Shown here one piece after another: positions 39,887-52,100 of a stretch of DNA of 64,000 nucleotides (positions are counted from its first letter, which is position 1; every line of letters begins with the position of its first letter). Made by a program: the position numbers and the translations under genes. Source of the DNA: Paraspadella gotoi (Eukaryota; Animalia; Chaetognatha); contig CM119265.1 of the NCBI GenBank assembly GCA_051294375.1, forward strand, positions 8,192,772-8,256,771. Direction: 5' to 3'. The notes under the pieces are model-generated. The model made no database searches and was not told where the DNA came from. It saw only the letters and a program-made list of their open reading frames with translations.

Positions 39887-42800
39887 GCGTTAGTCGTTCG
39901 TCGTTGACGTGAAAGGAAAGAAGAATCTTGTACGATTTCGTCCTCTTGTCGCGACGTGTCGGTCTCGCGTTCCATCCTTGTCGGGTTCGCGGCCGACGAT
40001 GTCGAATTTAATTCATTTTTTGAGCCGTTCTACCACGAAAATGATCAACGGATAAAACGTAAATAAATTAAAACTTTATATTTCGGTTTTACGCGGAGTT
40101 GCGGGCTTGCGCCGGCGCGTGTCGACAGTTGCGTCGGCACACGCGTCGGCAATCCCTCGACTTCGTCCGCACACCGCCCTACATTCCACTACATTCGACT
40201 CACTCTTAACTACTTCTACTTTTACTATTACTACTATTACTTCGACTTTAAAAAAAATCGAAAGCTCGTGATTCTGTTCTACTTCTGTATGATCCACTCA
40301 TCAAACAAAACAAAAAAACAAAAAACAAAACGCTGTTAACGACCTTAAAACAAATATTCTGCGGGTTCTTCATAATCGTCGCGGTTCGATGAAAGAAAAA
40401 AAAAAGACTAACAAGAGACGTGAATCGAAACCGCCCTCTGGTAATGTGAAAAAAGAAACAGCAACCAACAAAATACTGATTTATAGCGCATCTCATATCA
40501 TCATGAAAATATATTCATCGCGGCCTCGTCGCCGAAATTATGTATAAAACAAAATAAAAACAACCAAAAAAAAAACATACCAACAAACACAAACGGTTCT
40601 TCGCGATTCTTTTTTTTTAATAATATTATTCTTATTATCGTTTTCGAGCGCACTTCGTATTTAAAAAAAGACATAAGATCAACGGAGGCAAACCAAATAA
40701 TTTTTCTACGAGTTCCACACGAGACCAAAAATCCCGATGAAAAATTGTTTCATTTTCGTTTGTCCTCCTGTTTCATCTCCTTTCTAATTCTTTTCGCCAT
40801 CCCCTTTGATAACCGCGAGCCTCGACAAACGAGCTTCGTTTTATTACTTTACATGACGTTACATTTTTTCTCACTCTTCTAGTAAATACGAAAAATTATT
40901 TTCCCATTAAAAAACCCATTATTTTCTTTGCTTGTTAACCGAATCTCGTCCTGAACGGATTCTATTTAAAAAAAAAATTTACGAACGAAAAAAAAAATAA
41001 TAAATTCTAACATATTTACGTCGCCTAATTTGGCGATTTGTACAATTTCTTCCACGAATTCCTTTCTCCTCTCTCCGCTTCACCCCCCCCCTATCCCCCA
41101 CCTTCTCCGCCCCCGTTTGTCCGTCTCTTCTTGATGACGGGCCCGTAATTTGCATGACACAGAATCTAGATGGCGCGATTTAAGAAAAGACGGACAAACT
41201 ATTTTAATCTCATCACTTTCCTACTTCTTTTTTTTTAATTAATTTTATTTTCGTTGATGCTTAGCTTGCACAGAGAAAAACGAACCAAAAAAAAAAAAAA
41301 TTATTTTCAGCGATCCAAAACTTTTTAAAATGGCGGCGTGACAGTCGCTTTTGGTTTTCGGCGCCTCTTTTTTTTTCTACTTTCTTTCAATATTATCTCA
41401 GATCAAACAATTTTTTTTTTAATCAAGTTGGCGATTATCGAAACTTAATTTTCTTACACGTCGACGTACTTATTTTACGGCGTTTAAAAATAAAAGAATA
41501 TTCGCAATCACTCTGTAAGTAATATTGAGGCTAATGCTATCGGTTTAACTACTTTTAAATTATTACTACTATTATTCTCCAGAAATTGTTAATTAATTCT
41601 TTAAAAAAACCTCCTAGTCCATTTTTTTTCATTTGGTTCGCCGTTTGTCCAGGAATTCGGCGCCAATAAATTAAAATAAGCTCCTCCAAAAAAAAATGTA
41701 TCTTGCCTTTTTAACGATGCCAAACTTCGTTTTTATTATTATTATCATTATTATTATAATTATTATTATCATTAATTTTCCTACCCTGGATCTCAGATAA
41801 CAAAAAAAAATTATCTCACCTGATCTCATCTAGTTTTTAGTTTTCCTCTTTCGGCGATTCTTCTTCTCGCGCGGGAAGTTAATTTATTTACATGTATTAT
41901 ATATATTGATTTTTAATTTATTTACAGACTACAATCACAACGAGAGAGGGTTTTACTTTCAACTAGTCCCTCCCCTCCCTTCTAGATTTGCTTGAAATGT
42001 TACTTTCCCCCGAACTCATGAATTCTTTATAAAAAAAAACCACTATTGATGACTTTTTAACAATATTAGTTGATATTAATCAATGTTTATCAATGATAAT
42101 GAAATGTTACTGTTGTTGCCTCTTTATTCCATGATAAAAAATGTTCAATTCTTGAAGGTATCGACAATGGATCATCCGCCGCTGAGAGAGACATGTGTAC
42201 ATTAATTTTTAAGGAAAGCGATTGTGTTGGGGCGAGAGCCCATTTGTCCGATACCAAAAAGGATTCATTTTGGTAAATCAATCGTTAAAACTGTTACGTT
42301 ACTAATTTATCTGAGAATAACGTTTTTCTTTTTTGTAATATACTTACGCGTTGAAGCGATTCTCTAAAATTAAAAATTATGAAAAAGTTAAATATTTTTT
42401 TTCTCCAGCAACGAATGTAAAATAAGAAAGAAAAAAAAAACTTAATCGAACTGAAAAAAGAAAAAAATCCGGTTTGCCACCCCACCTCCGGTTTGCCACC
42501 CCACCGCTGCCTCTGTAAACGAGGAGTTTTGTTTCTCCCCGCAATTTTATTAAACCTCGAAGTGTGATTATGCGTTGTCGGTCATCCATTCTTAATTCAT
42601 GGGGTTTTCTGATAAGTTTCAAAGAATTCAGAGTCCGTAAGATTTTTTTTTTATTTAGTTCACATAATTTGTTTCAAATAATTATTTTGCGCCTGCTGAG
42701 ATGTTAAAAAAAAGATAAAAAGAAAAACAAGAATAGCCCAACTTACATTTTTCAGTCACTTTTCATTGCCTTACTTAACAGTATTACCCCTTACGTCCTT

Positions 42801-45557
42801 AACCGCGTCGGCACGCGCAAAGTGCGCTTTTTAGAAACATGCGCGAGCGCCCCTCGCGGTATTTTTTGGCATCGAGTCTTTTTTAAGAAAAAAATAAAAT
42901 GGCGATGACCCTAAGTTAATATGAGGATATGAGAAAAAAAAATTGTGTAGTTGCACCAATATAATAAGTTGTTGCTTATAGATGATTTATTTCTGTTAAA
43001 AGATTGACTGATTTTTGGCGAGATGTAGAAAATATCTTGAGATACTGATTTTTTCCTTCGGCGGAGGCGGGATGTTCGAACACTTAATAAAACAAAAACG
43101 AAACGGCTAAAGATATTCACAGATGCATTGAAGTCTTTATATCTAAATCGGCGTTGTAATAACACTCCACTACGAAATCTTTTTTTTTTTCCTAAACGCA
43201 CCAAACGTTTGAATTTCAATCATTTTTATCAGAAAAGTCAACACTTCCCCTTTTAACCAATTGGAGTTAACGGTCCTTCACCGATGGTTTTCCTTACATA
43301 TCTTTTTTTAAATTTAAATATAAAAAAGAACTATGAATGGGAGTGTTAAGACAAAGAATAACAGACGAATATTTTAATTTTGTCTAATCATTTTTCGTAT
43401 TCTCAGCATATCACCGAGCCATCCTCTCTCCCAAATCAGTATTCTATAGATTTCTGCTCAAAGCCACGATTAAAGTCATAATCGCAATTGTTAATAATAT
43501 TATTATTAACTTATCTCTTTCACCGTTGCTCAGATGATATCATCCCTTTTCGTATCATTAGTGACATCCAAGCTGGAATTTGGTGTGATTTTTTTTTACT
43601 CTTTTTAAGCAAGCAGGTTTTAAAACATGTCGCTCATGACACTCAAAATAAAATACGAATTTACGGCGAGCAATTTTTTTTAATCGCTCTACCAGTACTA
43701 ATGTATCATCGACGTACTAGATGACTATAGACTAATGCCCTTGCAAGAAAATATAATCAGCAATTATACTTAGATGAATCCTTTTCGATTGCACTATAGA
43801 TGCTATTATTGTTCATTTGTTTTTTATTCTTATTTTCAAGACAATCCACGTTGCCTCTTATGTTATTATTTTGAAAGGAGTATTTTTATTTATAAACTTT
43901 TTTTTGGATAATACTGTTTCAAGGATGCTTAGGTTTTTTATTAAACTAGAGTTTCATTTTTTATTTAAAAACATGGATTCTCTGACTCTGTCTTTCAAAC
44001 CTCTGAAACCTGATGATGTAAATACTATACTGATTGCAATATGTTATAGTAGATGACCAATAGTTTTCTGTAGTTATCTATTTAAAGCATTAATATTTTT
44101 TCACAAATAGGTGCCACTATTAGCTTGCCCTTTTTCAAATTTATGATCGAGAAATAATCCTTCATGAAGACATTATTACTTTTAAGAAAATCCATTTAAT
44201 CAAATTTCAATCAAAAAAATGAAATCATCGATCAAATCCTTTTATTTTATATTAGGTGCCATATCATTTACATACAAAGGCACATTACATACGACATTAC
44301 GGCATAAAGAAATATATTTGCGCCACCCCGTCCGAAATGATATGCATGAAAGATTTTTTCAGGTTATAACTGGACAAAATAAAAAATTCAGAGATAAAAA
44401 TTAAATAAAATTATAAAATGCCAGATTAAAAAAAAGTTAGGGTCAGATCGTCAGGCTATCCCAACCCCCGTCCCCTACTCGCCCGTTCCACTCCCTTCCT
44501 CCCTCCAAAAGATCCTCCTAATGTTCTTTTATTTATTTGTTTCGTTATTTGTTTCATTTTTTAAATTTTTTTTTCATTTTGCTTCAAATCCTGATGTACG
44601 ACGTCTTTCGTCTTTATCGGCCCCTTCGCTTATTCAAACTTAGAATCATATCCAAAGACTGAAGAGATGTCTTCTTTATTATTTACTTATTACTGTTAAT
44701 ATTTTTATCTTTGTTTCGAGTTTTAGTGAAAACAGAAAAAGGGCAAAGACCAAATTACGAACTGCTAGTTTATTTTTTATTTAAAAATTTTTCTCGTAGA
44801 AAACTAAACTAAACCAATAATTATTTAATTTTTTTCTCGCAGTTGTGTTGCGAATTCGTTTTATTATCATTTTTATATCAAGATCCATTTCGATTTTATT
44901 ATTACAAAGAAACATTTAACACTGCACACAGTTCCTCTTTGTTTCGTTGTAATCTCTTCTTTCTTATTCTCTTCCTCCCCCTTACCACAATTTATGAACT
45001 GATCCTTCTTGGATTACTATGTACATCTACAAACGATTTCAACTTTAATAAACTAATGCTTTATGAATCAAGATTTTAAAAAATGTCTCGTTTTTTTTTT
45101 CACTTCACGATTCTCAAGGTTAAGTCAGATTGAAGCAAGCGAAATGCATCACAGCCTAGACTAATACAGCAGAAATAAATCAGAAATCGTATTTCGCAAC
45201 AGCATTCTATAGCACGTTCTGTCGAGGCGAAACCTGACGATCGAATTTCGTGATTTAATTCGTCCAAATTTTCATAAAATCTGTGACAAATAATAATATC
45301 GGAGTGTAAACTGGCTAAAACTAAAAATAATTACTGAAAGAACAAATAAAGTGTGTTGGTTTTAAAATTATAACTTTTCCTATAAAAATAAATTACATAG
45401 AATGAAAAAAATTTCAAATTAGAAAAAGGTTTTCCTTTGTAACACCCAACTCCCGCTCAAGTCTTCATCGTTTTATTACTTTTAAAAGACGATTGACATC
45501 ACCGCCGACGCCATCTACGCATGGGCGATCAATTTGTGCGATTCCGAAAACCAGGCA

Positions 45558-46069
45558 TTAAAGAAGCAGGTGATCAGGGTTTTTACAGACAAAACTCGAG
45601 TCCAAAGTATCGCAGAAGGAACACTCATTAAACAGGCAATCAACGTCGGTTCTGCAATCCAGGCCACACTTGTTCCCGCCGTCCATCCTGAATGGCAGCA
45701 TGCCTCGTCTGGCGAAAGTGTTTCTGAAAAAGCGTCGTGTCGGCTTCATCGTGTCGGGTTCATCGTCGACGGCTCGGGTCTTCGCTTTGGTCTCAGAATC
45801 GGCGGCAAAAAGTCTGGCTAATTGGCGAAACGTCTTTGACTCCTGAGGCAGATCGAGCGTTAAGCGTTATGCAGAAATTCATAACATGTCTATTGTCTAA
45901 TATATAACATTCTTTGAAATATTATGCCACTTCGTTGATAGGGAAGCCGGGTACTCTGGGAGTGAATAAACGCTCGTTCGGCCTTTACCTTTCTTGCGAT
46001 CGCGGCGTCACCGGCGACGACGAAGGCGACGAAGGCTACGAAGAAAGCGACAAGAGCTGCGTTCTTCAT
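45558..46069 (-). CDS. Small secreted cysteine-rich prepropeptide (121 aa), knottin/toxin-like
   Basis: Exon 46069-45989 (MKNAALVAFFVAFVAFVVAGDAAIARK|gtaaag) joins in phase 0 to exon 45842-45558 (cag|ESKTFRQLARLFAADSETKAKTRAVDDEPDTMKPTRRFFRNTFARRGMLPFRMDGGNKCGLDCRTDVDCLFNECSFCDTLDSSFVCKNPDHLLL*). AATAAA on the minus strand at 45477-45472. Confidence 0.8.
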
Positions 46070-46639
46070 CTCAGAAATGAAATAAAAATCGGGGAAAAAA
46101 AAGTTAAAAAATCAGAATTTTAAAAAGAAAAAAGTTTCTTCAACGATTTCGTTCCGACTTAGTTATTATTTGTTATTCGCTCGTCTCCTTGGAGATCGAG
46201 AAGGTATCATGCGTTGAATATATAATAGTGGGCTTAGTGGCGCTATTGTATATTGATGTATATTGTATAATGATTATGTGCTTACTGCTTTTATCAATGG
46301 TAGAATACAATAGAGCACGGGACACAAATCAGTCTAAACTGATGTGAGCTTTGTTGGATTTGGATTTCTATTGAAAAGCAGTATGAATGGTAAATGATTC
46401 AAAAAAAAATTTTATCCTGTCTCAAAATTTATGTCCGACTTATTTAGCAACTCTTTCCAAATAGGAAAATCTTGCAAATAGTGCCTTTTGAAATATTTTT
46501 TTAAAATTAAGGGAGAGCAGACTAAATTTCTTCCTCCCTTTAAGTTGAATATCAGTAGTAAACCGTAACGCAAACCGATCATGATATTATCATTGATAAT
46601 CCCTCACCAAATTCTTTCCAGACTCTTTTGACCCATATT

Positions 46640-48471
46640 TCAACACAACTGACATGAGCGATTACACTCTTTAAACATGACTTCCGGTTTTTCCCGGCAT
46701 TCCCCTCGTTTCGCCCGCTCAGCACAATCTGCGCCACGATCGCCGCAGGGGTCGCAGAATCCGCAGAGCCGCGGACAGTTTTTGAGAAGAAATTGAGCGC
46801 CGCTGCCTTCGCAGGATCCGCCGTTCATACGGTGAAAGAATTTGCAGGCGGAGTCGTCGCGACATTTCGGACCAACACCGTCATCGCCGCCCGACGTCGT
46901 CGACGGCGTCGTCGTGGCGCCGGCCGGCGCAGCCGTTGCCGATTCTTCCCCGGCCAACACCTTTCGCGCCGCCTCGCAATGACCGCAAGTCTCAGCGCAC
47001 TCAAGGTCATAACTAGCGTCGCGGCCAAAACAGCGCCGCTTTTGTGACGCGCAAGAAGTCGACGGACGAACGTCGCGACATGGCGCCGGCGGGCAAGCGT
47101 CGGACGGCGGGCATGCGCAGCGACAGAGGTGGTCGACGTAGCAGGGCTCCCGACACGAGGGCTGGGTGGCGCAAGCGGCGTTGCAGCCATACATCAGGTT
47201 GACCATCTTGGCGTCGGAGAAAGAGACGGACTCACTGACGCCGATGCGTAGTTGAAAAGCCTGGTCTTTGGTCAACAGGGTGAACCCGCCAGTCCGCGAA
47301 AAAGAGCGGGGACCGTAGTGCATGATGCTGCAGTAGTCGTAGGGGATGGAGAGGTCGTTGATGTCGTCAATCTTCTTGTCAAAGTTGTGGTACTCGGACG
47401 GAGAGACGTTTTTGTAGACGACGGTGAGGAAGTCGTCCCTGGATTCCATGAAAGAAAATAAAATTTGACAAATGTTTTTAACTTTATTGTTAGTAAAACT
47501 CTGCTTCACGTCCCCTGTGGATAAGGCATTAAAAGGGCTGAAGAGTGCTATCCGCAACTTCTTTAACCCCCGCTAGCAACCATGGAAGGGGTCCTGGGCT
47601 TGGATCCAGGGTTGGGGTGTTTCCAGGCCACCAAGGCGGTTTACGGCTTCCCACAGGGTAGGTACCATTGTGGATCGATTCCGGTACCTTATGGTTATGA
47701 GCTGATGGTATTACTCGATGAGCCACCGGGTCACGACTGAAGGTGTCATGCTTATCGGCGTGGTGAACTTAAACATGTCCGACGACACCCCAATTTGTCT
47801 TATTATAAGGCAAACGGCAAACGGCAAACGGTCCGAAAAATATTTTGGTCCGTTGCCTTGCATTCAACGCATCTCACAATACCATGAGCCATGAGCTATT
47901 GAGCATTGAGCAACTACACATTACACAACAGTCTCGGCCGATCCTCTGCCAGACTCTTCCTTCTCTTTTAATCCCACCTGTCCTTCCGCGCCTGTTCGTG
48001 GTGGAGACCAATGATGTGCCCCAACTCGTGCAGAATCGTCCTCTTGAAGATGCAGCCGTTCCTTGCCAGCGAGAAGAGCGACGTCTTGCGGTTGTAGCCG
48101 ACGGAGGAGAAGCAACCGCCGGCGTCCTTGATCACGATGTAGTGCGGGTGGCCGGCCGCACGGTGCATCGCCGAATTACGCCGCGTGAACTTGACGCACG
48201 TCTTGGCGCTCCACTCGGCCATTGCGGCGAAGATGTGCTTCTCGGCGCCGGACATCGTCCACGGAAAATGGTAAGGGATGACGGCTTTAGGCCACAAATT
48301 GGTTTCCGTGACTCCGGAACCGGCAAAGACCCCAGCGGTGCCTGGGCCGTAATGGCGCCGGTACTGCGACGGCGTCAGAAGCATGTCGCCATCGAAGAGA
48401 ACGTCGCCGGCCGAATTAACGGGGCCGGACAAGGCGACGCCGAAAACTGCGATGGTTAACGTGAGAAACAT
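46640..48471 (-). CDS. Astacin (M12A) zinc metalloprotease with an EGF-like segment and three ShKT domains, ~430 aa
   Basis: Exon 48471-47978: signal peptide, FDGDMLL pro-motif, HELGHIIGLHHEQARKD. Phase-2 intron 47977-47439. Exon 47438-46640: YDYCSIMHY Met-turn and ShK units ending CAETCGHC, CPRLCGFC, CNRSCQLC. Confidence 0.93.
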
Positions 48472-48843
48472 TTCGTGGCAGAACTCTTTATTTTTACCAA
48501 AAATAAACCACACAACCTTTTTATTGGAATTTTGAAACAATGGGATCACTGTCACTTATCGTCTTATCTAGTTGGGCGACAACGATTGCTTTATGTGACG
48601 ATATCTCAAATACGAATTTTTTGAGATCGAATTGTCATGAAGTGACTATTTTCCTAACGATGTCAAATTGCCAACATAATATTCAAATACGTAATAATCA
48701 CCTCATAGTTTCACTTGCTGCTAATATTTTGTGTGACTAAGCTAAAAATTAGACCACATACGTGTCGTCATAGACTACGTATTAGTCGTGAAATCGAGTT
48801 AACCTAACCTGCTAATCAAAATGAACTTAAATAACTAAAATAT

Positions 48844-48931
48844 TCCCTCGAGCCGGATTCGAACCAGCGACCTAAGGATAACCGTCGTAACCAACTACAG
48901 TCCTCCGCTCTACCAACTGAGCTATCAAGGG
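48844..48931 (-). tRNA. trnY-GUA: tRNA-Tyr(GTA) with a 15-nt intron (48880-48894)
   Basis: Minus strand reads CCCTTGATAGCTCAGTTGGTAGAGCGGAGGACTGTAG-[TTGGTTACGACGGTT]-ATCCTTAGGTCGCTGGTTCGAATCCGGCTCGAGGGA; intact cloverleaf and canonical intron position. Confidence 0.97.
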
Positions 48932-49145
48932 ATGTGTAAAAACTAACATACTTTAAACTAGGGTATAATAAATATAATTAACTAAAACCGTTTGGTTAAA
49001 CTTATGTCACGGCTGACGAACATTGAGATAATGATTTAAATTAACTAGTACTCGTATTTCAAGTAGAATTAAATATCAGGATGTGAGAATTATATTAAAA
49101 GAAACAAAGAAAATAAAAACAAAGCAAACAAAATTGAACAAGATT

Positions 49146-52100
49146 TTAATCGATGGTGATGATGTGCGATTCTCTGTGTTTCTGCAAGCTCTGCCGCAAC
49201 CAAAAACGACGCGGACAAGAATCGCAACTTCGTTTTTCCGCGTTTCCATGGAGACGAAGAAAGTGTTCTTCTGCCTGACTGGGAGTGTGAAAGGCGAGGC
49301 GACATGATGGACAATGAGAGGAAGACGAGGTGAGGTGAGATCGAAGGTGAGTCACGTAATCATCGGAGTCGCGGGGAAAGGGGGCGCAGCAGAGGCAGCA
49401 CGTGACCTGAAATAAGAAAGAAAGTGTAGATTAAATCGGCGAGTTAAAAAACGAAATACAATTAATGATTTATGATGACGGAGCGATTCCCGTATAAATG
49501 ATAATAAATAGTTAATTTTTTAAATATGTCATTTTGAGTAAACAATTAAGACAAATGGATCAAGCTCCTGTTATGAATAAAACAGACTTCCGACCAACAA
49601 TAAAAAAGCAATTAAAAATTAAAGATTTAAACTATTCATCAAGCAAATATCAATTTGCAAAGAAAACAAGAACCCGCAATAAAAATGCTTACATTTGAAG
49701 TGTCGTGTTCAGTCTTCATTGGAAGTTCTTTTTTCACAGGATTACAGGTCATGTTCGAGGAATTTAGCGAGTTTCGTGACCCCTCCCGATCCAAAGAGCG
49801 ATCAGAATTTCCAAAGCCAGCGTTGAAAATTGGACTAGGGTTCTGGATTACTGCGGCGTTTACTTGCCCTGTCAAAGTTTGATCAGGATTTCCGAAATCG
49901 TTTGTCAATTTGTCTGGCGTTGCGCCAACGTTTCTGAGAGGACCGTCATTGCGGAACCCATCCGAAGTGTGTGAGACGTTCGAAAACGCATCGGACGTTC
50001 TGGGGGCGTTTCTCAATCCCTCAAAAGCGGCGTCGATGACGCTGACGGGAGACTGCGTCCTTCCCTGGGAATCGACCTCCGATTTGACCAATGAACCGGC
50101 ACTGTTCGGCGCCGATGACGGGATTAAGGGGGGCGCGGACGCTGGGGCGAGGAGTGCTGGATCGAGACCAGCAGCGCCGAGGAATCCCGGAAGAACGTTC
50201 ATCGCAAGGCTGAGCATCTGCTGTTGGACGGCCAAGCGCTGCTGAAGAAGCGCCATTCCATCGAGGGGATTGACGGAGAAGGGATGAGAGGGAGTGAGAG
50301 AAGAAGCAAGAAGAGGAAGGATGGAGGACGAAGAGGAAATGGGATTCTCCTGCNNNNNNNNNNAGGATGGAGGACGAAGAGGGAATGGGATTCTCCTGCT
50401 TGACGATAACCACCGGTTTCGGTTCGGCGAAAGGAGCCGAACTGTTTTTGTTGTTGTTGTTGTTAATGACAAAGTTGTTGTTTTTGTTCGGAACGTCATC
50501 TTCATCATCACTCGATAGGACGATATCGTCAGATGACTTTTCTTCACTGTCCCTCGTGCTGGTCATCGCACTAGTTGTCGCCGTAGTCGTCGTTGCGTCT
50601 TCAACTTTCGGTTCGAAATTCCCCGACGATGACCGGCTAAAAATTGATTTTGAAAAAAATTATGCACAAAATATTAACAAACTTAAACTAGCGAATAGAA
50701 TAAAAACAATTCTTGGTCAAAAAAAAAAAATTCCTACTATGTAACTTTAATTACCTGGCCGTCTCGTCCGCCGTTCCGGGAAAGAACTCTTCCTCCTCCT
50801 CTTCGTTCTCCTCCGCCTGGCATACCAAGCGGTGAGCCTCCATGTCCTCCTCGATTCCCTCAAAGTCGCAGGCGTCGCATCGGACGGCGAGGTTGAGGTG
50901 CGCCATCTTGGCGTGGCGCACGGCTGATTCGAAACCCTGGAACTTCTTACGACACTCGTCGCACTTGAAACGCTGCTTTCGTCCCATGTCCGTCGTGATG
51001 ACGAGCTCTTCTGCGCTCTTGGCGGGGGCAGCGGCGCGGGGAGGAGGTGAGATGAGTGGGAGGGGGCGGAGCTCGTCAGAGGAAGATCTAGAAGGGGGGG
51101 TAAAGCTTGGATGAGTAAAAAGAAATTAAAGGAAAAAAAGAAAGTTAAGAAAATAGAATGGAAGAGAAAGCAATCACTTTTTAATACTTCTTACTCTTGA
51201 TTTGCTTCCTGCTCCTCTTCTTCCTCGTGAGCGTCTCTCATGTGATGGGCGAGTAATCTGGTAAATTTGAAACGTTTTCCGCATTTGCCGCAGGATTTTT
51301 TAGAATCGGAACTGGGAACGGAAAATGGCGGAAAATTGAGAAGCAACAACTACAACTTGCAATATTTACAACTTGATTCAAGACTCACGGCAAAATTTCT
51401 TCCTTGTGAGCATCACGCATATGAATGTAAAGCAGACTTTTGAACTTAAACCGCTTGCCGCACATTCCGCAAGGATTGTCCAAGCCAGAGCTGAAAAAAA
51501 GATATTTAAGTAGTAGTATTAATACAAAAATTATACTGATCAGATTCACCAACTTTACACACGTTTCGTCAATCTTGGGTCGAGCGTCTTTGTTTAAAAC
51601 TGCGTAGAAATGCTCGGGATGATCCATCTTGAGATGACGTCGCATCCTTTTGTAAGAGGTCGTTCGAAGCGAGCAGATGGCGCATGTGCGCAAATCTTTG
51701 AATTCCTTGCAATGTTGATCGGTGAGATGGCTTCGGAAACTTGGCAAGTGTGGAGTGGAGAAGGAGCAAAGATCGCATTTAAAGATGTCGCTGGGTATAA
51801 AAGGAAAGGTAAATGAATTGAGGTGCACAAAGGAAAAAAAGAAAATATGGGGAAAAAAAGAATACAGAACAACAAGGAGGAAAATTGAGTGGGAGTGAGA
51901 CTGAAAGAGTCTTGATTAAAAACTTGCAGGGACCTGCTATGTCATTATCTTGAAAGAGTGATGGAGGCCTTAAACCACCAAAGCCTGTCCAAAGTCAGGG
52001 GCAAGATAGCTTATTTATTAAATGAATGAATATTTTTTATATTGGTTGTACCAATTTTATAAAGAGAAAAAAAATAAAAAAAATAAAGAAATATCTAAAT

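Noticed and set aside
49242-49255. X-box GTTTCCATGGAGAC
   Set aside because: Lies in the last coding exon of the zinc-finger gene and is explained by codons (RLHGN).
50318-50400. Short direct repeat and frame change in the large zinc-finger exon
   Set aside because: Contig-end overlap duplicated on both sides of the 10-N gap.
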